Assembly (NCBI GenBank): GCA_964016885.1
Contig: OZ024750.1
Coordinates: forward strand, 25,482,001-25,546,000
Length of the DNA stretch: 64,000 nt
DNA from: Eledone cirrhosa
Lineage: Eukaryota
Direction of reading: 5' to 3'
Shown here: positions 40,465-54,010 of the stretch, piece by piece
Numbering within the stretch: the first letter of the stretch is position 1
Layout of the letters: each line of letters starts with the position of its first letter
Position numbers and translations under genes: made by a program
Notes under the pieces: generated by a model
What the model was told of the DNA's origin: nothing
Databases searched by the model: none
What the model saw: the letters and a program-made list of their open reading frames with translations, nothing else

Positions 40465-40538
<74 letters not shown>

Positions 40539-41554
40539 CACCAATTTCTCTCCTTATATATTTTATTTTTAAATATTCAAATATATTCTCTGGATAAAGT
40601 TACATAAAAATAATCAAGAATTTATTATTTAGTCAAACATACAGAAAAAGAAACCAGTATTAGAAAGCACTATAAATGCCATAAATGAGAGGAAAAGGAG
40701 AGAAAACATTATTCTATGTACTATACATGCACCTTTGATGAGTTGTAGTGCATCTGAGCACTGTACACAATAATTTCATTATTATTATTTAGAATGATCA
40801 AGGACTATTAAGCCATGGAAGAAAGAAAGGGGGAAGGGGTTAGGGTGACAGACTTTACACCTAGGTCAGAGAGGTGTTTCGGCTGAGCCTCACGGACAAT
40901 GGCTAGCAACACCTGCTGTAACAGCCATCCTACCTTGCAGGGCCCCCTTCTTTAGACAGGCTTCTGTCATTCCGATTTTACAGGGGAGTGTATCAATTTT
41001 GTCTTTCATCATTTTCAGATCAATAAAATTATGTATTGTTAATATACAGCTTCAATTTAAAGACTAAGGTCCCTTTCCCTACAAAAATTGGCCTTGTAAT
41101 ATAATTGTTTCTACTTTTGGTACAAGGCCAGCTATTACCCCAGTGTATTACTGGTACTTTATTTTATCGACCCCATAAGGATGAAAGGCAAAGTTAACCT
41201 CGGCGGGATTTGAACTCAGAATGGCAAGGGCCGTAACTCAAAGCATCAAAGCATGGCATCTGACCCTCTACCGATACTGCCAATCCACCGCTCTTGGCCT
41301 TGTAATATAATGAAAATATAAAAATATTTCAGTTACAAATGCTGCAGAAAAAGATAGAATTTTCAGCCCCATGAATCCCTAGAGTGGTTTCAAGTCACCT
41401 AAGGCAATATGTCATACTGTTTTTAGAGGTAACGTGAATGTCATGACTGCATCTAACCCTTTTTATATAATGTACGGATTTATGTAGGGTATTAATATAT
41501 ATGTATAATGTAGAGTTTTATATAAAGTATTATATAACATTTATAGAGAGAGAC

Positions 41555-41828
41555 AGACTGGGGGGGACGCAATACCTGGTGTCAGACTGACCGCAAGGGC
41601 ATTGCAGATGCAGATGTGGAAAGAGGTCAACTTGCAGTAGAAACGAGGAACTGAAAAAAGCACATCGTAGACAGACCAACAACCCAGTATTCTATATATA
41701 TATCTGCACCAGATGCAACAAAGACTGTCGCATTGGTCTGCACAGTCACAGCAGACAGTGCCAAAGACTAGCCATAACTCCTGCTGCAATGAATATGGTC
41801 TCTTGAGATTGAGCTGCCAATAATGATG
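41555..41828 (+). mobile_element. RTE/BovB-type 3' end with C2H2 finger
   Basis: Encodes YICTRCNKDC.RIGLHSHSRQC, the BovB-like terminal zinc finger, followed by a short UTR. Confidence 0.7.
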
Positions 41829-41924
41829 AACTTTTATAAAATGTAGGGTTTTATATAAGATATTAACATATATATATAATGTTGTAGAGTAGGGCCTCAG
41901 ACACAATATGGGTGATGAGTGGAG

Positions 41925-42482
41925 GAGATACAAGTGTGTTGGGATTGCTTGAGTGGAGGTGAGCTGAGAGTTGGGAGTACTTGAGTGGAGGTGAGACAAG
42001 GGAGCTGGAAGTGGAGGTGCTTGAGTGGAGGTGAGATGAAAGTTGGGATTGCTTGAGTGGAGGTGAGATGAGAGTTGGGAGTACTTGAGTGGCAGTGAGA
42101 CAAGTGAGCCGGGAGTGGAGGTGAGATGAGAGTTGGGAGTACTTGAGTGGAGGTGAGACAAGGGAGCTGGAAGTGGAGGTGAGATGAAAGTTGGGATTGC
42201 TTGAGTGGAGGTGAGATGAGAGTTGGGAGTACTTGAGTGGAGGTGAGCTGGGAGTGGAGGTCAGATGAAAGTTGGGAGTACTTGAGTGGAAGTGAGATGA
42301 GAATTGTTAGTAGTTGAGTGGAGGTGACATATGTGAGTTGGAATTGCTTGAGTGGAGGTGAGATGTGAGTTGGGAGTGTGAATAGAGGAGAGATAAGTGA
42401 GCTGGGAGTGGAGGTGACATATGAGATGGGAGTGTGAGTGGAAGTGAGATGTGAGTTGGGTGTGTCTGAGTGTGGGTGAGAT
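41925..42482. repeat. G-rich minisatellite (gagttgggagtacttgagtggaggtgagat)
   Basis: Direct inspection. Confidence 0.85.
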
Positions 42483-42733
42483 GAAACAAACCAGATGAGC
42501 CGATCAGAGACCACTTTAGGGGTGCTAAGAAAGACTAGGGGGGGGGGGGGGGTACATGAATGACATACTTTCTATCCTTGAGAAATAGGATTTCTCTGTT
42601 TAGTTAAAACAAAAATAACAAATAATACATTTATTCAATATATTTATTTTAAGATTTATTTACATAAATAATGGATACTTGCTGTTGAGTTGGTCTGTTT
42701 TCTGGTGAAATCTTGACACTGACAACACACTTT

Positions 42734-42764
<31 letters not shown>

Positions 42765-43317
42765 ACACACACACACACTCCCACACACATGGAGAGACAG
42801 ACACAAACACACACATAAACTCAAATACAGAGAGAGAGAGACTGACAAAAAAACATATACACAGACACACATATACACACACGCATACACACACACATAC
42901 ATACACACACATACAGATACAGACACACACTTACATATACGCACATACCCACACACAGACATACAGACACAGACAAATACATACACATGCAGATACAGAT
43001 ACAGACATACACACCTACATATCCACATACACACACACTTACATAATGCCTTAAAAGCTCAGCAAAAGGTGAAATCTAATACATATATTCTGATTCTCTG
43101 CTTCTTTGACATTTGCTCCATGACATTTTAAAAAGGAAATACACTCTCCATGGTTTTAACATTGCTCTGAGCAATTAGATATGTTTTCCCAAGTTACAGA
43201 AAGAAAACCATCTAGGATATCTATCTATCTATCTATCTATGCAAGTCTCATCAACTTATTATTATTATTTTTATTATTATTATTGTTTTTATTTTCTTTC
43301 ATTATTGTTTCTGAGAT

Positions 43318-43515
43318 AAGGCGGTGGATTGGCAATATCGGTAGAGAGTCAGTCACCATGCTTTGCTTTAAAGCATAGAGTTACGCCCCTTTATGATCTA
43401 AGTTCAAATCCCGCCGAGGTTAACTTTGCCTTTCATCCTTGCGGGGTCGATAAAATTAAGTACCAGTAATACACTGGGTAATTGCTGGCCTTGTGCCAAA
43501 AGTAGAAACAATTAT
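43318..43515 (+). mobile_element. SINE family B with (ATT)n tail; copies at about 3525-3725, 5858-6078, 13785-13970, 22935-23110, 30115-30307, 30965-31392 (x2), 33687-34275 (x3), 36006-36120, 41100-41292, 50045-50220, 54010-54385 (x2), 60295-60370, 61100-61260
   Basis: Recurrent ggcggtggattggcag...gagttcaaatcccgccgaggttaactttgcctttcatcc...ggggtcgataaaataaagtaccag...ggccttgtgccaaaagtagaaacaattatt, with a B box. Confidence 0.88.
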
Positions 43516-43749
43516 TGTTTCTGAGATATATGCCGAGTGTCTTCCTGACACCTAGGGCCCATAAATTCACAGTGTGCATTGGTAAGCCAGTTAATACAGC
43601 ACATTGATTATAATTTAAAAAAAAAAAAATTTTTTTAAATAACAGTATACATTATTATTTCTGGCAATATTACAACAATATGACCCTCCCCAAGTATAAC
43701 AGTATTTGTTTTGACACACAATTTCATATCAAAAACCTTGCAAAACAAA

Positions 43750-43782
<33 letters not shown>

Positions 43783-43787
<5 letters not shown>

Positions 43788-43975
43788 AACAAGTAAGACC
43801 CCGACGGCTGAGCTCAAGCCGTTTCGACGGCTAATTGAGTCCAGAATTAGCCGTCGAAACGGCTTGAGCTCAGCCGTCGGGGTCTTACTTGTTCCTATTT
43901 CCCACTCTACTACCCTAAGTATTGAGTACTTTGGTGCGTTATGGTCCACCTGGTTCCTTACCACATTTCCTTTGT
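43783..43975 (+). mobile_element. Palindromic pLTR-like element with a hammerhead 3' half; relatives at 36189-36354 (-), 10447-10640 (-), 24025-24180; tail-only pieces at 55141-55199 and 46670-46740
   Basis: Perfect 54-bp arms and an 8-nt loop; GAAACGGCT-tgagctc-AGCCGTC/ggggtc; tail with gtattgagtac; located in (TA)n. Confidence 0.65.
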
Positions 43976-44210
43976 TATATATATATATATATATATCTGT
44001 ATTATGTATGTATGTATTATGTATATATATGCGTGAAGTGTTCACAGTGTGGAGACCAAAAAAACCACATCAAAGAATTCAGACCCAGTAAGCTTGCAGG
44101 CCAGCTAAAAAGGAGTGTGCCCTCCGTTGGGATTTTATTAATTACTTCATACATATATACATTCAAACATACATATATATATATTGCAAGCAGGGAAAAG
44201 CGGACGTAGA

Positions 44211-44242
<32 letters not shown>

Positions 44243-44444
44243 ATCATCATCATCATCATCATCGTTTAACGTCCATCTTCCACGCTAGCATGGGTTGGAC
44301 GGTTTTGTTCCACTTGAGGCAAGATTGGTCGGGTGACTGTCTCTCGCTCGTACTGTTTCTGGCAGGTTTTCTACGGCTGGATGCCCTTCCTAACACCAAC
44401 CACATTTACAGTGTGGACTGGGAGCCTTTTTACTGTGTCATATC

Positions 44445-46142
44445 ATCATCATCATCATCATCATCGTTTAACGTCCATGTTCCACGCTTGCATGGGTTTG
44501 GACGGGAGTTTTCCCACTTGAGACAAGAGTGGTTGTCATTGCTCGCATAGGACTGTCTGGCGGGTTTTCTACAGTTGGATGCCCTTCCTAACACCAACCA
44601 CATTTACAGTGTGGGGTTGGGAGGTTTTTACCGTGTTGCCTACACGGCCACATTACAGCGTGGACTGTGTGTTTTTTTGTCGTGACACCTACACGATCTC
44701 ATTTGTTTCGGCCTGGATGTTGTGGCACCAACATAACTTTACATTGAAAGGGGCGGTGTGGGTGGGGTGGGGGTGGTGGGACGGGGGTGTATTTAGTTAG
44801 AGATGCCTACTGACTGTAGTAGGTTTTACTTTGTATTTAGGTAAGGCGGGTCTTCTCTATTACTGAGTACCGCCAAAGGTCTTGGTCCAGTGACATTGTC
44901 TTGGAGAGGTGTAAGTGTGTGAGGTCGGAATTTATCAGCTCGTCCCACGTTTTTCTGGGTCTGCCTACTCCGTGGCTACCGTCTATCTTTATTGCCCTGC
45001 ACTTTGTTATACAGCTGTCATCTTTCATGCGCATCACGTGACCATACCAACGTAGCCTTCTCTCGAGTAAACAACATCTGATCCCTCTTATTTTAAATTT
45101 TTTCCTTAGTTCGTTTATGCTTTGCCGTTCACGTAAATTACTATTACACATCCAGTGGAGCATGCAAGCTTCATTCCTCTCTAGTCTGCGTATATCCTCC
45201 GCACACAATGCCCAGGTCTCACTGCCATGCAACATTGCTGTTCGTATGCAGGCATCATACAACCTGCCTTTCATTTTTAGGGAGAACCCTTTAGCGGCTA
45301 ATAGTGGTATAAGCTCTCTGAACTTTTTCCATCCGGTTCTGACTCTAGCTACTGTACTTTCAGAGCTCCCTCCCCAACTGCTGATTTTGTCACCCAGGTA
45401 ACGGAAGCTGTCCACTATTTCTATAGAACCCTCTGCGCAATTGAAAGAGCTAGTATTTTGTGGGCACTTGCTGCTACTTATTGCACCAGAGCACCGGCCA
45501 CATGTAAAATCTATGTTCTTAGTTAGCTTACCTGTGATCCCACTACATCTTTTATGCACCCATACTTTGCATTTGGGACATAAAATGGAGTTTCTACCTA
45601 CGCCTTTCCTACACACCGAGCATGGCCATTTCCCGGAAGGGACCGGCGCCTTATTTTCTTTCCTACAAACTAGAACTTTAGTCTTAGCCAGGTTAATTTT
45701 AAGGCCTTTTGATTCTAGGCCGTGCTTCCATGTTTGGAATTTCTTCTCTAGCTCGGCCATTGATTCAGCTATGAGCGTTAGATCATCTGCGTATAGGAGT
45801 TCCCATGGGCAGCCGGTCTTGAACTCCTCTGTTATAGCCTGAAGGGCAATAATAAATAGTAGGGGGCTAAGAACAGAGCCCTGATGGACACCAACTTTTA
45901 CGCTAAACTCTTCACTATATTCATTGTTAATTCTAACCTTGCTGACTGTTTCTTTATACATGGCTTGTATAGCTCTCACAAGCCATTCGTCAACACCTAG
46001 TTTTCTAAGAGCCCACCAGATAATGGAACGGGGGACTCTGTCGAAGGCTTTCTCCAAGTCGACAAAAGCTAAGTATAGGGGTTTACTTTTAGCTAGGTAC
46101 TTCTCCTGTAGTTGTCGTACAATGAAAAGAGCGTCTGTGGTA
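44445..46142 (-). mobile_element. Second RTE-clade LINE subfamily, 5'-truncated within RT, open ORF to 44837, 3' UTR and (GAT)n tail
   Basis: The 406-aa ORF has EKAFD, QGSVLSP, YADD, the same Cys/His finger and RLRWYGHV. The protein is clearly homologous to, but divergent from, the 15199 element. Tail (atc)n at ~44445-44465 on the + strand. Confidence 0.95.
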
Positions 46143-47244
46143 CTGTGTTTCTCTCTTTCTCTCTTACTGCTCCCTCGTTCTCTCTGGTTCTCTTACTTTC
46201 TTTCGTCCCCCTCTGCCATGTCAGTTAACACTTTCTCTCTACTGACCTCTTCCTCGCACTCCCACTCACTCAGTCGCTGTTTCTCCCCTTCTTTCTTCCT
46301 CCCGTTCGCTGTGAAAACGGTTCTCCTTCTTTCTAACACCGAATTCACTAGCGAAAGGTCTGTTTCTGACTCGCGCATATTTTCACACAGCTTATGCTGA
46401 AAGAATAACTATGTTGCTTGTGTTTATTTCCATCTTCGGTTAGCTTCCCCCTGTGTTGTTTACTTGTCTCACTCGCTTTACGCGTTTCTATTGTCCTAAT
46501 AACTTATTTTAGTTATTATCGCTCCAACGTGAGGTATATGATTTTTAATGCGATGAAATACCCATGATCGTTTGGTAAATCACTGATGAGGGACTCATTT
46601 TATAACATGTTATCCATGTGCAACCAGCAGTATTCTTCTCACCCATATTTTTCATATATATATATATATATGAGTCCCAGGTTCAATCAGAGGTAACCAC
46701 AGTAAGTAAAGTACTCAATACATAGTAGAGTATATAAAGATTTTTTAAGATACATACATACAAACATACAGTATTTATATATGTGTGTGTGTATATAAGC
46801 ATATTCCTATATATGAATATCTATTGTTTTATGATCAATTCAGAGAGCAAAATAAGCTAAGATTTTATCAATCTATTGAATATTGATTAATTGAAAAACA
46901 TATGCCACCTTAACGAAGGACGCCCCCCCCCCCCCCAACACACAACACTGAATAACATAATCTGAAGGAGCATCGACACGGCTGGCTTCTCATCACAACT
47001 GTAGCCAGCTGGTCTTGATTGTGGTGATGTTATTGACTAATTGATAACAGATATTCAACTCTGTAGTATCAGACAATGAATGGCAGAATGGATGATGTAT
47101 TTTGTCAAGGTTAATACTATAGTGTTGTATAACTGAGGTTGTTTAGTCAATATATTGATAAAATCTTGGTTTATTTTGCCCTCGGAAACAACTGTAAAAC
47201 ACTGGGTTAGGTTAATTAAGTACTAAACCTTGTCTTATATAGAT

Positions 47245-47467
47245 ATGATGATGATGATGATGATGATAATGATGATGATGATGGTGGTGGTGGTGGTGGT
47301 GGTGGTGGTGGTGGTGGTCATGGTGATGATGAGGATGATGGTGGTGGTGGTGGTGATGATGATCGTGGTGTTGGTGGTGGTGGTCATGGTCATGGTGATG
47401 ATGAGGATGGTGGTGGTGGTGGTGATGATGATGGTGGTGTTGTTGGTGGTGGTGGTCACGGTGATGG

Positions 47468-47498
<31 letters not shown>

Positions 47499-47548
47499 GG
47501 TGGTCATGGTGATGGTGATGATGAGGATGATGATGGTGGTGTTGGTGG

Positions 47549-47579
<31 letters not shown>

Positions 47580-47860
47580 GATGATGGTGGTGTTGTTGGT
47601 GGTGGTGGTCACGGTGATGGTGATGATGAGGATGATGATGGTGGTGGTGGTGGTGGTGGTGGTCACGGTGATGGTGATGATGAGGATGGTGATGGTGGTG
47701 GTGGTGGTGATGATGATGATGGTGGTCACGGTGATGGTGATGATGAGGATGATGGTGGTGGTGGTGGTGGTGGTGGTGGTGATGATGATGATGATGATGA
47801 TGGTGATGATGAGGAGGAGGAGAAGGTGGATGACGATTATGACGATCATGATGATGATGA
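47245..47860. repeat. Compound (ATG/GTG)n microsatellite; similar at 12950-13162, 14338-14495, 21792-22250
   Basis: Direct inspection. Confidence 0.95.
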
Positions 47861-48047
47861 ATTATTTATTTGATTTTGCAATTGCAAAAAAAAAAGCAAA
47901 TAAAAAGAACCTAGTCATCATCATCATCATTGTCATCATCATCATCATTGTCATCATCATCACCATGTTTACATCTGGTTTTCCATGCTTGCATGGGTTG
48001 GACGGGTCCTTTTCCATCACAATATCTTTCCACTCGTTACATTCCTT

Positions 48048-49993
48048 TGTCATCTCTGTGAGTGTCAACAATTTGAGGTCATCTCTGTGAGTGTCAACAA
48101 TTTGAGGTCATCTCTGTGAGTGTCAACAATTTGAGGTCAGCTCTGTGAGTGTCAACAATTTGAGGTCATCTCTGAGTGTCAACAATTTGTGGTCATCTCT
48201 GTGAGTGTCAACAATTTGTGGTCATCTCTGTGAGTGTCAACAATTTGTGGTCATCTCTGTTAGTGTCAACAATTTGAGGTCATCTCTGTGAGTGTCAACA
48301 ATTTGTGGTCATCTCTGTGAGTGTCAACAATTTGTGGTCATCTCTGTGAGTGTCAACAATTTGTGGTCATCTCTGTGGGTGTCAACAATTTGAGGTCATC
48401 TCTGTGAGTGTCAACAATTTGAGGTCATCTCTGAGTGTCAACAATTTGTGGTCATCTCTGTGAGTGTCAACAATTTGTGGTCATCTCTGTGAGTGTCAAC
48501 AATTTGAGGTCATCTCTGTGAGTGTCAACAATTTGAGGTCATCTCTGTGAGTGTCAACAATTTGAGGTCATCTCTGTGAGTGTCAACAATTTGTGGTCAT
48601 CTCTGTGAGTGTCAACAATTTGAGGTCATCTCTGTGAGTGTCAACAATTTGAGGTCATCTCTGTGAGTGTCAACAATTTGTGGTCATCTCTGTGAGTGTC
48701 AACAATTTGAGGTCATCTCTGTGAGTGTCAACAATTTGAGGTCATCTCTGTGAGTGTCAACAATTTGTGGTCATCTCTATGAGTGTCAACAATTTGAGGT
48801 CATCTCTGTGAGTGTCAACAATTTGTGGTCATCTCTATGAGTGTCAACAATTTGAGGTCATCTCTGTGAGTGTCAACAATTTGAGGTCATCTCTGTGAGT
48901 GTCAACAATTTGTGGTCATCTCTGTGAGTGTCAACAATTTGAGGTCATCTCTGTGAGTGTCAACAATTTGAGGTCATCTCTGTGAGTGTCAACAATTTGT
49001 GGTCATCTCTGTGAGTGTCAACAATTTGTGGTCATCTCTGTGAGTGTCAACAATTTGTGGTCATCTCTGTTAGTGTCAACAATTTGAGGTCATCTCTGTG
49101 AGTGTCAACAATTTGTGGTCATCTCTGTGAGTGTCAACAATTTGTGGTCATCTCTGTGAGTGTCAACAATTTGTGGTCATCTCTGTGAGTGTCAACAATT
49201 TGAGGTCATCTCTGTGAGTGTCAACAATTTGAGGTCATCTCTGAGTGTCAACAATTTGAGGTCATCTCTGTGAGTGTCAACAATTTGTGGTCATCTCTGT
49301 GAGTGTCAACAATTTGAGGTCATCTCTGTGAGTGTCAACAATTTGAGGTCATCTCTGTGAGTGTCAACAATTTGAGGTCATCTCTGTGAGTGTCAACAAT
49401 TTGTGGTCATCTCTGTGAGTGTCAACAATTTGAGGTCATCTCTGTGAGTGTCAACAATTTGAGGTCATCTCTGTGAGTGTCAACAATTTGTGGTCATCTC
49501 TGTGAGTGTCAACAATTTGAGGTCATCTCTGTGAGTGTCAACAATTTGAGGTCATCTCTGTGAGTGTCAACAATTTGTGGTCATCTCTATGAGTGTCAAC
49601 AATTTGAGGTCATCTCTGTGAGTGTCAACAATTTGCGGTCATCTCTATGAGTGTCAACAATTTGAGGTCATCTCTGTGAGTGTCAACAATTTGAGGTCAT
49701 CTCTGTGAGTGTCAACAATTTGAGGTCATCTCTGTGAGTGTCAACAATTTGTGGTCATCTCTGTGAGTGTCAACAATTTGAGGTCATCTCTGTGAGTGTC
49801 AACAATTTGAGGTCATCTCTGTGAGTGTCAACAATTTGTGGTCATCTCTGTGAGTGTCAACAATTTGAGGTCATCTCTGTGAGTGTCAACAATTTGAGGT
49901 CATCTCTGTGAGTGTCAATAATTTGTGGTCATCTCTGTGAGTGTCAACAATTTGTGGTCATCTCTGTGAGTGTCAACAATTTGAGGTCATCTC
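48048..49993. repeat. 29-bp minisatellite (~67 units) inside an RTE 3' fragment (47960-50012)
   Basis: Unit gtcatctctgtgagtgtcaacaatttg(a/t)g; 810-bp higher-order period. Confidence 0.95.
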
Positions 49994-50250
49994 TCACCAC
50001 CTCTGCCCAGGTCAATAAAATATATAATCAGTCTACCAACTTTCAAGATTGGCCATAATCGATGGAACATCGGACAACATGCTTTATGACAATCTGAGTT
50101 CAAATCCTGTCGAGATTAGCTTACGAGGTCGATAAAATAAAGTACCAGTAATGCACTGGGGTCAATTTAATCGACTCCCCTCCCTTAAAATTGTTGGCCT
50201 TGTGCCTAAATCAGAAACTAATATTCTGTGACATTGCCATTAACCCTTTA

Positions 50251-50683
50251 CCATTTACATTACTCTATATATACTATTGTATTTTCACAGTAAAGGCTTT
50301 ATTTCACATAATATCTCACATAACATTTACATTACTCTATATTTACTATTGTTTTTTCACAGTAAAGGCTTTATTTCACATAATATCTCACATAACATTT
50401 ACATTACTCTATATTTACTATTGTTTTTTCACAGTAAAGGCTTTATTTCACATAATATCTCACATAACATTTACATTACTCTATATATACTATTGTATTT
50501 TCACAGTAAAGGCTTTATTTCACATAATATCTCACATAACATTTACATTACTCTATATATACTATTGTATTTTCACAGTAAAGGCTTTATTTCACATAAT
50601 ATCTCACATAACATTTACATTACTCTATATTTACTATTGTATTTTCACAGTAAAGGCTTTATTTCACATAATATCTGACATAA
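50251..50683. repeat. 72-bp tandem repeat (6 units) inside a piggyBac MITE
   Basis: Units start at 50251, 50323, 50395 and so on. Confidence 0.9.
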
Positions 50684-51748
50684 TATCAAATCTATGAGAT
50701 ATTGATATTGTTTATTTTGAGAACAATACCTTAACATCAGCAAGAGTGGCCGGTTATGGCCAGTTTGAACTGAAAGTGGTAAGAAAATTCTGGCCGGATA
50801 TGGCTGGTTTAACTGGCCGCATCTGACCAGAATTCTCTCACCTTTTTCAGTTCAAAATGGCTGTAATTGGTCGCTCATACCTATATTAATGTATTGTTTT
50901 CAAAATAAATAATATCAAAATCTCATAGATTCGATATTATGTGAGATAATTATGTAAGATAAAGCCTTCACTCTGAAAATATCTTCATCATTGATTAACG
51001 TCCATCTTCCATGTTAGCATGGGTTAGACGGGTCCTATTTTGAGGCAAGTTGTGTCGGGTGACCATGTCTTGCTCATATAGGGGTGTTTCTGGCTTGTTT
51101 TCGACTACTGGATACCCTTCCTAACGTCAACCACATTTACAATATAGATCATTCATTTCATCATCATCATTTCATTTTATGTCCGCTTTTTCCCTGCTTG
51201 CAAGGGTGGGACGGGAACTGATTCTGGCTTGATTTCTACAGCTGGATGCCCTTCCTAACACCAACCTCATTTACAGTGAGCGCTGGGTGCTTTTATTGCC
51301 GTGGCACCTCCACGACCACTTTGCAGTGGAATGATAGAGACCCCAGTCCCTATCATCTCATTTCTACAGCTGAGTAAACTGGAGCAATGTGAAATAAAGT
51401 GTCTTGCTCAAGTACACAACACATCACCCGGTCTGAGAATTGAACTCACAACCTTTCGATTGCAAGGCCAATGCTCTAACCACTAAGCCATATGCCTCCA
51501 GATATAAAATAATATAAATGCTAAAGGATTAAACTTACTTTATATCACTTTACTAAAAAGATCATTAATCTCTTTGATCTACATTTTCACATAGTGAAAG
51601 TCTGGCTTACGAAAACATAAATAACTACATCATGAAATATCAAAATAATTTATTAAATTGTATTTATCATTAAATTATATTCATCATTAAATTGATTTTC
51701 TCATTAAATTATATATATCATTAAATTGTATTCATCATTAAATTATTA

Positions 51749-51900
51749 CCGTATTTCCCGGACGTTGAAGATGCTACTTTTTTTCTAAAATAAGTCTCAA
51801 AAATCTACCATGCGTCCTGGAGGCTGAAGGTTGATTATTATTTTTTTTCAGATTTTTGCTTGTCAAAATTAGGGTGCGTCCTCAACACCGGGAAATACAG
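51749..51900. mobile_element. Tc2/pogo-like MITE
   Basis: TA|ccgtatttcccgg ... ccgggaaatacag|TA. Confidence 0.8.
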
Positions 51901-53289
51901 TATTTTATAATTAAATTATACTTATCATTAAATTGTATTTTATAATTAAATTATACTTGTAATTAAATTGTATTTTATCATTAAATTATATTTATCATTA
52001 GATTGTTTTTATCATTAAATTGTATTTTATCATTAAATTGTATTTCATTGTTAAATTGTATTTATCATTAGCTGTTTTATTCTATATATTTTTACATGTT
52101 TGTACTGTATATATAAAAGTATTTTTATCGCATTCTTTGGCACAACGCCATTACTTCCTGAATATATTTGTACTTTAAAATGATTTAATAGAGTACATGA
52201 GGAACTGAAAGAGAGGACTGTATGTACTTCAAAGAAATGGAGACGACAACAAATGTCTTGGGAATATTATTGAAAGGTGAACATCAAACGTTTAATCTAT
52301 GACTGAGATGTAAACCTGTTTAGAAATAGGGGTTAGGGTGGGCTGGGGTTGGGTGGGGTGAAGTGAAGGTGGGGTTGGTGAGGGTGGGATGGGGTGGGAT
52401 GAGGGGGTACAAATTAACAGAACAATTTAGAGACAACATGTCTATTGTGCTCAGTAGGGCTGGAACACTTCAACTTCTTTTTTCTTCTTCTCTTCTTCGT
52501 CTTCTACTTATTTTCTTTCTTCATTTTTTTTTCTTTTTCTTCTTCTTCTTCTTCTTCTTCTTCTTCTTCTTCTTCTTCTTCTTCTCCTTCTTCAACCAAG
52601 CTCCCTTTCCCCCAAATTGCTGGCCTTGTACCAAACTTACAAATAATCATTTATATTATCGATCATATAGGCCAGCTATTGATATTATTTTTCATACAAC
52701 CTGTATATTATCGTCTTTTACCGTCACAACCAAATATTTGGGGTTGATGGATGTGGTTAGAAAGTCTCAGGAAAGAATCGCTGGGCAGATTTTAAGGGTA
52801 AAACCAACCGGCAGGAGACCCAGGGGTAGACTTTGAGCAAGATGGTTGGATAACATCCACGAGCTTGGTTGGTTTTGCTTGAGGATCCAGCCGGATCAAT
52901 GGGAGACGGTTGCTTCTGACACGGGACCTGCTGGAAGGAGTGATTGAGGACTCTGTTCCCACGGCCCTCTCAAGAAGAAGAAGAAGACTGCAGAAATTAC
53001 TCAGAATTGAAAGCCAGGAGAAGATAACACTTACGTTGTATTGATATAACTACACACACACACGTACACGTACACATACACACACACATATTCTGCCACT
53101 ACATCGTGACATTACTACATACCTCACACCTTGCTATAAACCAACTCACAAACACCATAGAAATACCTGAACAGAACACCTAAGAGGGGGAAATAAATTA
53201 AGACTACAACAGTAGTCTCCCTTGTATGTTTATTTTAACGTCATATAATTTGTTGGTTCTCTTCTTTTACGTTTACCTTCCTCAACCCA

Positions 53290-54010
53290 ATAGCAGCGCG
53301 TAGCTCAATTGGGTGCCGTTCTCAACCGATATCCTTCTAGATGTTGAATGCACTCGCATCGGAGTAGCCCAACGCCTTGGCCTCCACGTGTGTTAGCCGG
53401 TGTTAGCGCTTGTTGACAAGTTCGGCCTGCACCCTCTGTCTTTGCCGTTCCCTCGACACGCCGCTCTCAACGACATACTGAGAAGGAACCTGGACGCAGT
53501 TGGCTTTCCATCTCAACTGGCCACCCGCTGTGACACGTTCTCCGCCTCCAACTTAGTAGCTTCGGTCACAAACCCCGGCATCGCGGCCCGCCTCGCAGAA
53601 GAACGTAAAATAAACAAATACCGGGGTTTGTCCGGCCACTTCCTCTTCGCACTGGTCGACATCGAGACTACCAGGCGTACTTGGACCCCGTACAACCGAG
53701 CTCCTCCTCAAGATTGGAACGTCGGCGGCCCGTCTGAGGAAGGAGCTCAGCGAGGTTGGGTGGCTGTTGCAGTAGGTGTCACTGGCGATTGTCTGTGGGA
53801 ATGCTTTTGCGGTCTTGTCCGCGGGGCACAGCCCTTCTGCCCCCCCCCCCCCCCCCCATGCCCTAGGCCCAAAGCCCAATCACCCTCCCCCTTCACTCCT
53901 CTTTTTTGTGATACCAGAGTTCTTACCATTACCTCCCCCTTCCCGTTTTTTCTGTTTCTCTTTTTTCTCTATATTTTCCTAATCTTTATTTTTCCTTTGT
54001 TTCCTTTTTA
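53290..54010 (+). mobile_element. CRE-clade non-LTR retrotransposon 3' fragment (restriction-like endonuclease, internally deleted, frameshifted)
   Basis: RIGVAQRLGL, RHAALNDILRR, DTFSASNL, AEERKINKY, ETTG.LGP, WLLQ.VSLAIVCGNA. The RPDG/WD catalytic block is missing. Confidence 0.8.

Noticed and set aside
46590-46620. CTGATGAG hammerhead core
   Set aside because: No downstream GAAA or stem III; at most a fragment.
47230-48090. Poly-Met/Val ORFs (also 12920-13219, 21708-22254, and YI repeats at 28109-28606 and 36200-36728)
   Set aside because: Microsatellite reading frames.
48048-49993. CRISPR-like array of 29-bp repeats
   Set aside because: Units are contiguous with no unique spacers, there are no cas genes, and the context is eukaryotic; it derives from an RTE ORF.
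52328-52410. G-run tract with one TTAGGG
   Set aside because: Possible G-quadruplex, but not a telomeric array and with no supporting context.
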